From Elusimicrobia bacterium UBA5214 (GTDB taxonomy: Bacteria; Elusimicrobiota; UBA5214), in contig DHVG01000002.1 of the NCBI GenBank assembly GCA_002412545.1, positions 241,872 to 305,871 on the forward strand: DNA of 64,000 nucleotides. Reading direction: 5' to 3'. This document shows, piece by piece, positions 53,135 through 63,091 of this stretch. Each line of letters starts with the position of its first letter. Positions within the stretch are counted from its first letter, which is position 1. Below the pieces are notes generated by a model. The model saw only the letters and a list, made by a program, of their open reading frames with translations. It had not been told where the DNA came from and ran no database searches. A program made the translations under genes and the position numbers.

Positions 53135-53872
53135 CTATTTTGCAATTAGCGTTTTACATTTTGTGATGATATTCTCCCAGAGGGCTACTGTACTTTGGAC
53201 ACTTTCCTTAAGAAAAATACCTAAAGAGATTTGAGTTGGCCAGACTAATTTTAAAACCAGTATTATCACTATCAGATTGGCTATCAGGATAAAGACCAAA
53301 GAAAAAAAGATACCGGTTTTATGAATATCAGATTGCCGCTGGCACAGTGAATCAAAAGTTAATGCTAAATGGAAGGCTAAAGTGAATCCTACCAAAAAAA
53401 GCATCACAATTTCTAACTGAGGTTTTCCAAAAAAAGTGAAATGTTCCGGATATGTTTTAAGCAAAATCCTAAAAAGAGAATATATTGCAAGGGTGAGAAA
53501 AGTATAAATTGGGAAGAAATAGGGTGCCAGGGTTACCAGGATATTAGACTTTGTTAAAAGGACACTTCCTCCACTTTTAGAAACTTTCAATCTCTTGACT
53601 TTACCTCCGAAGATTAACGACCAGAAAGCGTGAGTCAACTCGTGCCCAAAAATGTAAGTTCTTATCGGTTTAAAGAAAACCAACTGCAAGACAAAATAAC
53701 CAGCAAAACCGATTAAGAAATAGAATTGTCTTCCGGAAAATTCTCCTACCGAAGATAATTGTCCGACCAGTGCTTTTGTCAGACCAAAACATAGAGGCAA
53801 AAGAATGAAACCAAGCGAAAATTTTACTAATTGTTTCATCAGGTTAGTCCAAGCACTCCCTTTTTTTAACAT
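53135..53872 (-). CDS. Polytopic membrane protein with HExxH motif (putative zincin peptidase, DUF3267-like)
   Basis: IFGHELTHAFW lies between TM segments, with about six TM helices in total. Confidence 0.5.
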   Translation of the reverse strand: MLKKGSAWTNLMKQLVKFSLGFILLPLCFGLTKALVGQLSSVGEFSGRQFYFLIGFAGYFVLQLVFFKPIRTYIFGHELTHAFWSLIFGGKVKRLKVSKSGGSVLLTKSNILVTLAPYFFPIYTFLTLAIYSLFRILLKTYPEHFTFFGKPQLEIVMLFLVGFTLAFHLALTFDSLCQRQSDIHKTGIFFSLVFILIANLIVIILVLKLVWPTQISLGIFLKESVQSTVALWENIITKCKTLIAK

Positions 53873-53901
53873 CTAAGATACTAAAAAATATCCATTTTCA
53901 C

Positions 53902-53940
53902 AAATAAAAAGAACCGCCCTAAACCAATCTAAGGACGGTT
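53902..53940 (-). terminator. Intrinsic-terminator-like hairpin inside the leader of the 53872 gene (possible attenuator)
   Basis: Minus strand AACCGTCC - 13-nt loop - GGGCGGTT (8 bp, one G-U), followed by CTTTTTATTT. Confidence 0.4.
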
Positions 53941-53994
53941 AAATTTCTGATTTCAGCGTAGACCCTTACCTCAAAAAATTAGAAACATTCCATT

Positions 53995-54046
53995 TAAACA
54001 TAAAAACCGACCCGCCCGGAAGTTACATTGGAACAAAAGTCGGTTT
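53995..54046 (-). terminator. Second terminator-like hairpin in the same leader
   Basis: Minus strand AAACCGAC - 27-nt loop - GTCGGTTT (8 bp perfect), followed by TTATGTTT. Confidence 0.35.
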
Positions 54047-54063
54047 GAAAATTCAACTTTCTA

Positions 54064-54092
54064 ATATTACCAAATTATTCGTAATTCGTCAA
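54064..54092 (-). promoter_or_regulatory. Sigma70-like promoter for the HExxH membrane protein gene (long leader)
   Basis: On the minus strand, TTGACG - 17 nt - TAATAT, about 185 nt upstream of ATG 53872. Confidence 0.4.
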
Positions 54093-54357
54093 GAGAAAGA
54101 AATAAATCCATATCGGTAGATTGTACTCTATAAAATTTCTCATGGGGTTGACCCTGAACCGATTACTGGTTCAGGATTGACCCCGTAGATGATAATCTTT
54201 ACGGGATTGTCCCCGCACCTATCAGTCATAATTGGTTTTGAATATGCCATTTACTTATAATCTTTTTTCCAAAACTACCTAAAATTTATCAGTTAGATAA
54301 TTTCTTTCTTTACTCTAATTGGAGAATAAACGGCATGGATGACTAATAGGTGCGGGG

Positions 54358-54386
54358 TTGACAGAAATATTTTTTTGTGGTATTCT
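54358..54386 (+). promoter_or_regulatory. Sigma70-like promoter for the HAD-like gene
   Basis: TTGACA - 17 nt - TATTCT, about 120 nt upstream of ATG 54506. Confidence 0.45.
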
Positions 54387-54500
54387 GTAATCGCTAAATC
54401 GCCAAATACCACCAAAGTGCTAAATACTTCTTTTGGCGATTTAGCGGAATCTTTGCGATTTTGCGATTGGCGTTTTTGCGGATTTTAGCGGGTTAGCATT
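54387..54500. repeat. GCGATTT/GGCGTTTTTGCG-word array in the leader of the HAD-like gene
   Basis: ATCGCTAAATCGCCAAA (54389-54405) pairs with TTTGGCGATTTAGCGGA (54432-54448) at 15 of 17 positions. Confidence 0.7.
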
Positions 54501-54505
54501 AAAAA

Positions 54506-55507
54506 ATGAAATATTTTTTTACTGACTGTGAAGGTCCCTTAACGAAAAATGATAATGCTTATGAATTGACGGCTTGTTTTCTTCCTTGGGGAGAAAAACT
54601 TTTTCGTCAGTTAAGTGTTTACGATGATATCCTTGCCTACTTGGTAAAGAAACCGGGCTACAATGCCGGGGGAACACTGAAACTGATTCTTCCCTTTTTT
54701 AAAGCATACGATTTGAATAATCAGGAAATTGAGAAATTTTCCCAAAAGAATTTTCTTTTTGTGCCGCACATTATTGAAACTTTAAATTTTTTACAGAAAA
54801 TAATGCCCTGTTTTATTGTCAGCACCAGTTACCGTCCTTATATTCATGCTTTATGTAAGACAATCAATTTTCCCGAAAAGAATACTTATGCTACCGAGAT
54901 TGATTTGGATAAGTTAAAAATAGGGGTAAAAGAAAAAATAAAATTGAAAAATTATGCCCAGGAGATTATTAACCTGCCTGAATTAGAACTGTCGGCAGGA
55001 GTGAAAAAATTTTCTCAACTTCCGGATAGAGTTAAAAAGAGTGTCCAACGATTGAATAAAATTTTCTGGGAAGAAATGAATAATTTAAGAAGTAATAAAT
55101 TCTTTGAAATAATCAGACCGGTGGGGGGGGAAGAAAAAGCCGAGGCAATTCTTTCCCAGTTGGGTGGAAGAAAAGAATTGCTCGAAAATGTAGTTTATGT
55201 CGGTGACAGTATTACTGACCGGCAGGCATTCCAGGTAGTGCGGAAAAATGGTGGATTGACCATTTCTTTTAATGGTAACCGTTATGCGATAGAATCAGCA
55301 GAGATTGCCGTAATTAGCCGGAGTGCTTATATTTTAGGTCTTCTTAGTGCACTTTTTGTTCATTTCGGTAAGGAAAAAGTTTTAGAATTATCTAAAAAAT
55401 TTGCACTGGCACAAGTAGTTAATCAGACAAACCGTAAAGAAATTATCCAAAAAAGTGAAATATTTAGAAAAAGATTTCGTGGAGAAAGAATTGGACAATT
55501 GGGTTAG
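54506..55507 (+). CDS. HAD-like hydrolase family protein (resembles the family annotated EhaR, energy-converting hydrogenase A subunit R)
   Basis: N-terminal FFTDCEGPLTKNDNAYEL (variant HAD motif I) and C-terminal VVYVGDSITDRQAF (HAD motif IV). The family assignment is from memory of the N-terminal pattern. Confidence 0.5.
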   Translation: MKYFFTDCEGPLTKNDNAYELTACFLPWGEKLFRQLSVYDDILAYLVKKPGYNAGGTLKLILPFFKAYDLNNQEIEKFSQKNFLFVPHIIETLNFLQKIMPCFIVSTSYRPYIHALCKTINFPEKNTYATEIDLDKLKIGVKEKIKLKNYAQEIINLPELELSAGVKKFSQLPDRVKKSVQRLNKIFWEEMNNLRSNKFFEIIRPVGGEEKAEAILSQLGGRKELLENVVYVGDSITDRQAFQVVRKNGGLTISFNGNRYAIESAEIAVISRSAYILGLLSALFVHFGKEKVLELSKKFALAQVVNQTNRKEIIQKSEIFRKRFRGERIGQLG

Positions 55508-55722
55508 TCTCGGAACCTTTTTCTTGCTCAGTAATTCTTTGAAAAGAAAGAGAAGAGAGTTTCGGGAATCCTTTCTTCACTCTATGATTTTTTGACCAGA
55601 AACAGGAAGCGCTCGCCTTGCTTCGTTCGGCGAAGCGGGTCAAAAACTCTGATGTCGTTCAGAAATGTCCCCGAAACTCTAAATGATGAGTGAATGCTTG
55701 AAAATAATCACTCTACTAACCC
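55501..55722. repeat. About 220-bp nested imperfect palindrome between the HAD-like gene and purB
   Basis: Arm pairs: GGGTTAGT / ACTAACCC; AGAGTTTCGGG (55556-55566) / CCCGAAACTCT (55670-55680); TTTTTGACC / GGTCAAAAA. Central hairpin CTTCG-TTCGG-CGAAG. Confidence 0.7.
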
Positions 55723-55784
55723 AAGTTGTAAGGAGAACAGAGATGAATATGGTTGTCTACAGTTAACCTAAAAGGAGAGAAAGA

Positions 55785-57074
55785 ATGATTGAGAGATACA
55801 GTTTATCCGAGATGAAGAAGATTTGGTCAGAAGAAAATAAATTTAGCAAAATGCTGGAAGTAGAACTTGCGGTGTGTGAGGGATTAATGCATCTGAGAAT
55901 TATTCCAAAAAACGATTATGCGAAAATTATAAAAGGAGCAAGACTTAACCTGAAACGAGTAAAAGAAATTGAAAAGATTACCAAGCATGACCTTGCGGCT
56001 TTTGTTGACCAAATCAGCGAGAATTTAGGTAAGGAGGCACGCTGGATACATTATGGATTAACTTCCTCCGATGTATTGGACACAGTGACTGCCTTACAAC
56101 TAAAAGAATCTTCTCTTTTACTGATAAAAAAATTAAATAAATTTGCTCAGACATTAAAGAACCTTGCACTTAAATACAAGAATACAGTTATGCTCGGACG
56201 GACTCATGGAATCCAGGCAGAACCAATCACTTTTGGTTGGAAACTTCTTACTTTTTACAGTGAAATAAAACGGCATCTGCAGATGCTGGGGTCAGTAAAA
56301 GAAGTTGTCAGGTATGGTAAAATTTCCTGTGCGGTAGGGACTTATGCTCATCTTGACCCGAAAGTGGAAGAACAGGTAATGAAAAAAATTGGACTAAGAA
56401 ACGAGCCGGTATCTACCCAGATTATTCCCCGCGACCGGTATGCAGTATATCTCTCTTCTTTAGCGATAATTGCCTCTTCATTAGAAAAATTTGCTACCGA
56501 AATCAGGAACTTGCAAAGAAGCGAAATTGCCGAAGTAGAGGAATATTTTTCAGCCGGGCAGAAAGGTTCTTCGGCAATGCCGCATAAACGAAATCCGATT
56601 CTTTCCGAGAATCTTTGCGGGTTAGCCCGCCTGATGCGTTCTTACTGCTTGGTTGGTTTAGAAAACATTCCGCTCTGGCATGAACGCGATATTTCGCATT
56701 CTTCCGCTGAACGGATTGTTTTACCTGATGCGAGTATCCTTTTAGATTTTATGCTCACCCGGATTGAAAACATTTTTAAAAATCTTGTGGTCTATCCAGA
56801 AAATATGCAAAAAAATTTAGAGAAATCATATCGCACCTATTTTTCACAAAAAATACTTTTGAAACTGATTGAGAAAGGTCTTAAACGGGACGATGTTTAT
56901 CGGATTGTGCAGGAATTAGCTCATCAGGCGTTAGAAGAGAAAAAAGATTTTGTTTCTTTAGTAGAAGAAGATAAAGAAATAAAAAGATATCTTACCGGGA
57001 AAGAAATTAAAGAATGTCTGGAGGAAAAATCTTTTCTGAAGAATATTGACCAGATATTTGCAAGATTTAGATAA
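55785..57074 (+). CDS. purB: Adenylosuccinate lyase
   Basis: MIERYS N-terminus, fumarate-lyase signature GSSAMPHKRNP, strong RBS. Confidence 0.95.
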   Translation: MIERYSLSEMKKIWSEENKFSKMLEVELAVCEGLMHLRIIPKNDYAKIIKGARLNLKRVKEIEKITKHDLAAFVDQISENLGKEARWIHYGLTSSDVLDTVTALQLKESSLLLIKKLNKFAQTLKNLALKYKNTVMLGRTHGIQAEPITFGWKLLTFYSEIKRHLQMLGSVKEVVRYGKISCAVGTYAHLDPKVEEQVMKKIGLRNEPVSTQIIPRDRYAVYLSSLAIIASSLEKFATEIRNLQRSEIAEVEEYFSAGQKGSSAMPHKRNPILSENLCGLARLMRSYCLVGLENIPLWHERDISHSSAERIVLPDASILLDFMLTRIENIFKNLVVYPENMQKNLEKSYRTYFSQKILLKLIEKGLKRDDVYRIVQELAHQALEEKKDFVSLVEEDKEIKRYLTGKEIKECLEEKSFLKNIDQIFARFR

Positions 57075-57087
57075 GAAAGTTTTTTGC

Positions 57088-57217
57088 TCTTAGCCAATAG
57101 CCAATGGCTGAAGGCTGATGGCTGTTTCTTAATATTTGCCCGCTTTAAGTAAGAAAGCCTTTAGCTTTTAGCCAATAGCCAATGACTCAGGCTAACGGCT
57201 AATTGCTGATGGCTGTT
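57088..57217. repeat. Two AGCCAATAGCCAATGGCTGAAGGCTGATGGCT-type heptamer dyad arrays between purB and purA
   Basis: AGCCAAT x2 followed by GGCTNNN x3, present twice (57088-57125 and 57157-57217). Confidence 0.8.
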
Positions 57218-57222
57218 GATGA

Positions 57223-58536
<1,314 letters not shown>

Positions 58537-58652
58537 AATGAATATCTCAAGGCTCGGAGACACTTTTTTCACTCGGTAATTTATTTCCAAAAATCAAAAA
58601 ATGGAAATAAATTTGAAGTCGTTCAAAAAGGTCTCCTTGCCTTGCATTCATT
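58537..58652. repeat. About 115-bp nested imperfect palindrome between purA and acyP
   Basis: Outer arms AATGAAT..CAAGG..GGAGAC / GTCTCC..CCTTG..ATTCATT. Inner perfect 9-bp arms TTATTTCCA / TGGAAATAA. Confidence 0.65.
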
Positions 58653-58681
58653 TTTGTTGGAGGCGACGGGCTTAATAAAAA

Positions 58682-58960
58682 ATGAAGACAAGGATACACG
58701 TCTATATTAGCGGTAGAGTGCAGGGTGTATTTTTTCGTGATTTTACCTCTACGGAAGCAACATTTCTTGGGCTTGCTGGTTGGGTAAAAAATCTTTTTGA
58801 TGGACGAGTGGAAGTTCTTGCTGAAGGTGAAAAAGAAGATTTAGAAAAATTACTTACTAAATTGAAACAAGGTCCACCGGGGGCAAGAGTTAAAAATGTA
58901 GAAGTAATTTGGGAAGATTATCTTGGTGAATTTCACGAATTTAGAATTACTTGGTATTAG
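58682..58960 (+). CDS. acyP: Acylphosphatase
   Basis: VSGRVQGVFFR and GWVKNLFDGRVEV motifs. 92 aa. Confidence 0.9.
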   Translation: MKTRIHVYISGRVQGVFFRDFTSTEATFLGLAGWVKNLFDGRVEVLAEGEKEDLEKLLTKLKQGPPGARVKNVEVIWEDYLGEFHEFRITWY

Positions 58961-58998
58961 ATAAAATAGAATTGTAAAAAAAATTACATTTTTTTCTC

Positions 58999-59028
58999 TT
59001 GACTATTAAGAACTTTTTTTAGTAAAAT
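58999..59028 (+). promoter_or_regulatory. Sigma70-like promoter upstream of the FecR-domain gene
   Basis: TTGACT - 18 nt - TAAAAT. A second candidate, TTGACA - 16 nt - TATAAA, lies at about 59066-59093. Confidence 0.4.
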
Positions 59029-59122
59029 ACTTACCAGGTTGTTCCCGTAAAGAAAATCTAACGGGGTTGACAAATTTAAGATAAATATTATAAACTTAAT
59101 CCTAAAGGAGGTAAAGAAAGAA

Positions 59123-61303
59123 ATGATAAAAAGATTTTGTGTTTTTATTCTTTCTTGTTCAATTTTGTTTAGCACAGTAGTGCTCAATGCTCAAGAGAAA
59201 AAAGCAGCACCGGTTGTTGAAGAAAAGAAATTACCACCGGTAGTTGAAGAAAAAAAACAACCAGTAACTGAGGAGAAAAAACCTGTACCGATAGTTGAGG
59301 AAAAGAAATTAGCACCGGTTACTGAAGAGAAAAAAGCAGCACCTACAGTTGAAGAAAAGAAACCCACCCCAGTAGTTGAAGAACAAAAAACAGTACCCGC
59401 AGTTGAAGAGAAGAAACCAACTCCTCCGGTTGAAGAAAAACAGCCAGCACCAGCAGTTGAAGAAAAGAAACCAACTATTGAAGAGAAAAAAATAGTTGTT
59501 ACTGTAGAATCAGTAGAAGGAACAGCGAGATTACAATTAGCTGGAACTAACCAGTTTGAAATTCTCAAACTCGGGATGACTTTATCTCCGGGTGATATAA
59601 TTATGGCTTTCGCAAAATCTAAAGTAATTTTGAAATTTGAAGATGAAAGCACAATTGAACTGCAGGAAAATTCAATCTTCACGGTCAAAGAATTGAAAAA
59701 AACGGTTATTGTTGAGACAAAAGAAGAAAGGAGAGAGTCGCATCTTGTCTTATCCCTTGGGAAAGCAAATGCAAAAACAAAGAAATTAGGACCTAAAGAT
59801 AAATTCGAAATATATACACCAGCAGCAGTTTGCTCAGTAAGAGGAACGAATTTTACGGTTGAAGTGGATGAAAAGAAAGAAACAAAAGTTAAAGTTTGGG
59901 AAGGGATGGTTGGAGTAAAAGAAATCAGTGGTCTTATTGGTGGAGAAATGTTAGTTAAACAAAACCAGCAAAGTATTGTCCAACCGGGAACTGCACCAAG
60001 TATCCCCGAGGCAATACCACCGGAGAAAACTGAAGCACCTAAGGAAGAGAAAAAAGAAGAAAAGGCAACTGAACCTGAAGAAGAAGCGAAACCAGCTCCT
60101 AAAGAAGAAAAACCAGCGGAAGCAGGAAAAGCAAAACCATTTGGTATGGGTGGCAATTTTGGTGCGGTAACTTTAACTGACCCGAAAACCGGACAACAAA
60201 AAACATACTCGCAGATAAGTTTACAACCGGAATTCAATCTTGGAAAATTTGGCATTGGGTTAGATTTATATCTTTATTTTGATGAGAGTAACAATCTGCG
60301 TAAAGAAGATTGGGATGGACCGGAGGACATTCTGACCAAGATAATGTATGTTCGTTACGGGAAAAAGAGAGAACCAATTTATGTTTATTTAGGTGTATTC
60401 CCAAGTATAACTCTTGGTCATGGGTTAATTATGAACCGTTATTCAAATATGTTAAAATATCCGGACGAAAGAAAAATCGGTTTTGAACTTGACCTTGATT
60501 TAGGGCTGATTGGTTTTGAATCTTTGGTTACTGACCTTCAATACCCTGAAATATTTGGGGGAAGAGCATACATTCGTCCTTTCTGGCGTTCCGGGATGCC
60601 CTTATTGAAGAAATTAGCAATTGGTGGTTCAGGAGTGCATGATATTGACCCGAGTGTTCCGGATACAAAAGGGAATACGAAAGATGATGGGGTGAGCATT
60701 ATTGGTGTAGATTTGGATTTACCGCTTTCGGAAAAACCCGCATTCTCTTTACTTGCCTATGCTGATGCTGCCCGGATGGAAATCGGAAAAATATACAAAG
60801 ATGCTGGTCATAAGAGTGGAGGTATGGGCTATGCTTTCGGTTTTATGGGAAATATAGTTAAGTTTATCGGTTACCGACTGGAATATCGTGGTTCACAGAG
60901 GAATTTTATTTCCCAGTATTTTGATTCCTATTATGAAAACACAAGGACAAGGAAACCATCGGATATAGCGAAAACTGACGACTTGGATATTAATCAGACA
61001 AAGCAAGGTCCTTATCTGGAGATTGGATTTAATCTCTTAGGTAAGATTAGTTTCATCACTACTTACGAGAATATGGATGAACCTTACCTTTACTCCGAGT
61101 TTAATGTTGACCCCGCATTATTGATGAACAAGTGTAGTTTTTCTATTGCCTACGCAAAGAAAGGTGACGAACCGATAATGACGACGAGATTGGGTTACCA
61201 GGTTTCCAGTGGTGTTTTCCTAATTCTTACACGGAAAAAGACATTTGACCCTGCTGGTAAATCGATTGAAACGACTTATATTGAAACCAAGATGAAATTA
61301 TAA
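59123..61303 (+). CDS. Secreted FecR-domain protein with N-terminal EEKK..P.V tandem repeats and C-terminal beta-rich domain
   Basis: Signal peptide. About 10 degenerate 11-aa repeats (nt ~59189-59492). FecR-like block PGDIIMAFAKSKVILKFEDESTIELQENS...VRGTNFTVEV. A second Lys/Glu/Pro-rich linker. A C-terminal ~380 aa aromatic-rich domain. Confidence 0.7.
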   Translation: MIKRFCVFILSCSILFSTVVLNAQEKKAAPVVEEKKLPPVVEEKKQPVTEEKKPVPIVEEKKLAPVTEEKKAAPTVEEKKPTPVVEEQKTVPAVEEKKPTPPVEEKQPAPAVEEKKPTIEEKKIVVTVESVEGTARLQLAGTNQFEILKLGMTLSPGDIIMAFAKSKVILKFEDESTIELQENSIFTVKELKKTVIVETKEERRESHLVLSLGKANAKTKKLGPKDKFEIYTPAAVCSVRGTNFTVEVDEKKETKVKVWEGMVGVKEISGLIGGEMLVKQNQQSIVQPGTAPSIPEAIPPEKTEAPKEEKKEEKATEPEEEAKPAPKEEKPAEAGKAKPFGMGGNFGAVTLTDPKTGQQKTYSQISLQPEFNLGKFGIGLDLYLYFDESNNLRKEDWDGPEDILTKIMYVRYGKKREPIYVYLGVFPSITLGHGLIMNRYSNMLKYPDERKIGFELDLDLGLIGFESLVTDLQYPEIFGGRAYIRPFWRSGMPLLKKLAIGGSGVHDIDPSVPDTKGNTKDDGVSIIGVDLDLPLSEKPAFSLLAYADAARMEIGKIYKDAGHKSGGMGYAFGFMGNIVKFIGYRLEYRGSQRNFISQYFDSYYENTRTRKPSDIAKTDDLDINQTKQGPYLEIGFNLLGKISFITTYENMDEPYLYSEFNVDPALLMNKCSFSIAYAKKGDEPIMTTRLGYQVSSGVFLILTRKKTFDPAGKSIETTYIETKMKL

Positions 61304-61420
61304 AACCTAATTCATCTACTCAAATTTAATCTCCTACCCAAGAATTTTTGTATGTTTCTTTCGTTTTGAAATATTCACCTATTTAAAATTCAGGGATAGA
61401 CAGAAAAGGTACTATTTCCA

Positions 61421-63079
61421 ATGGAAGAGAAATTTCCAATAACTGAGACAATGTCTTCTTTTGACGATTTCGCTCCTAAAGAACTTAATGAAGGTGAAAT
61501 TGTTTACGCACGGGTAGTGGGAATTACCACAAAAGATGTAATTGTTGATTTAGGATTAAAAGCAGAAGGGATTATTCCCCGAGAAGAATTTAATCATCCG
61601 GTCTCCTTAAACGAAGAAATTCCTGTTCTAGTCAAGAAAAAAGAAACCTCTGACGGTCGTCCCCAAGTATCCTACCGGCTTGCCCAGTTAACTAAAATTT
61701 GGGAGGAACTAACCCGAGTATTTCATCAGAATTCTAATCTGGAAGCAAGTATTAGCCGTAAAATTAAGGGTGGTTTCTTGGTTACTCTTAGGTTTAATCC
61801 TTTAGAGATTGAAGCATTCTTGCCCGCTGGAGAAATTATTGGAACTTATAATGAGATAAACCGGATTACTGCTGGGGAAAAAATTAAAGTAAAAATAATT
61901 GAACTAACCCAGAAAAATAAAAATGTGGTTGTTTCAGAAAAGAAATATTTTGATGATTTCCTTAAAAACCTTAAAGAAAATGGCATAATTAAAGGTAAAG
62001 TGATAAAAATTACTAATTTTGGTGCTTTCCTTGATTTAGAAGATGCAACCGGATACAGTGGGATTAGAGGGTTGTTGCATATTTCCGATATTTCTTGGAG
62101 TAAAATAGAAAAGGTTGAGGATATTCTTAAACTTGGTGATGAAATAAAAGTTAAAGTTACTAAAGTTGACCACCAGAAGAAACAAATATCACTAAGTTTA
62201 AAAGAATTGACCGCTCATCCGTGGGAAGATGTTGAAAAAAAATATCCGGTAGGAAGTATTGTCTCAGGTAAAGTTACCTCTCTGACAAAATTTGGTGTTT
62301 TTGTGGAACTCGAACCAGGGGTGGAAGGATTAGTGCACATTTCCGAACTTTCTTGGTTAGGAAATATTAAAGAACCGGGAGAAATTGTTAAATTAGGAGA
62401 AATACTTAGATTACAAGTTTTATTGGTTGACCGAGAGAAGGAAAAAATTTCTTTAAGTCTCAGAAAAACTTTATCTAATCCTTGGGAGGAAGCAAAAATT
62501 AAGTATCCTTCGGGAACGAGAGTATTTGGTGAAGTTACCCATTTAACACCTTTTGGTGCTTTTGTCAAATTACCGATCGGGATTGAAGGGTTGATTCATA
62601 TTTCTGATTTTTCTTGGACAAAAAAAGTTAAACATCCACGTGAATTTGTAAAAGTAGGTGAACAAGTAGAAACGGTAGTCTTAGAAGTAATCCCAGAAAA
62701 AGAAAAAATTGTTCTTAGTTTAAAGTGGTTAACTCCTGACCCTTACGCAAAATATCAACCAGCGATGAATATTCAGGGTAAAGTCAGTGGAATAAATGAT
62801 TTTGGTATTTTTGTTGAACTTGAACCGGGAATTGAAGGGATGATTCATTATTCAGAAATAACTTTGCCGAAAGGAAAAAATCTTAAAGAAATATTTAAAA
62901 TTGGTGAAATAGTTACTGCCAAAATTATTCGGGTGAGCCCTGCAGAAAGAAAAATTTCACTTTCTCTGAAGAGGTATGAAAAAGAAAAAGAATGGCAAGA
63001 AATGAGTAGATACATCGGTGGGGAAAATAATAAAATTACTTTAGGAGAAATTATTCAAGATAAAGAAAACAAAAAATAG
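61421..63079 (+). CDS. rpsA: 30S ribosomal protein S1
   Basis: Six S1 (OB-fold) repeats with the recurring G..V.G.V..i..FGaFV.L..GveGLiHiSe pattern. Confidence 0.93.
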   Translation: MEEKFPITETMSSFDDFAPKELNEGEIVYARVVGITTKDVIVDLGLKAEGIIPREEFNHPVSLNEEIPVLVKKKETSDGRPQVSYRLAQLTKIWEELTRVFHQNSNLEASISRKIKGGFLVTLRFNPLEIEAFLPAGEIIGTYNEINRITAGEKIKVKIIELTQKNKNVVVSEKKYFDDFLKNLKENGIIKGKVIKITNFGAFLDLEDATGYSGIRGLLHISDISWSKIEKVEDILKLGDEIKVKVTKVDHQKKQISLSLKELTAHPWEDVEKKYPVGSIVSGKVTSLTKFGVFVELEPGVEGLVHISELSWLGNIKEPGEIVKLGEILRLQVLLVDREKEKISLSLRKTLSNPWEEAKIKYPSGTRVFGEVTHLTPFGAFVKLPIGIEGLIHISDFSWTKKVKHPREFVKVGEQVETVVLEVIPEKEKIVLSLKWLTPDPYAKYQPAMNIQGKVSGINDFGIFVELEPGIEGMIHYSEITLPKGKNLKEIFKIGEIVTAKIIRVSPAERKISLSLKRYEKEKEWQEMSRYIGGENNKITLGEIIQDKENKK

Positions 63080-63091
63080 TTTCAATCAAAA

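Noticed and set aside
59191-60255. 354-aa minus-strand ORF in the track
   Set aside because: It is antisense to the FecR-domain gene and composed of FFSS/TG low-complexity sequence generated by the complement of the EEKK repeats. It has no start context or family resemblance.
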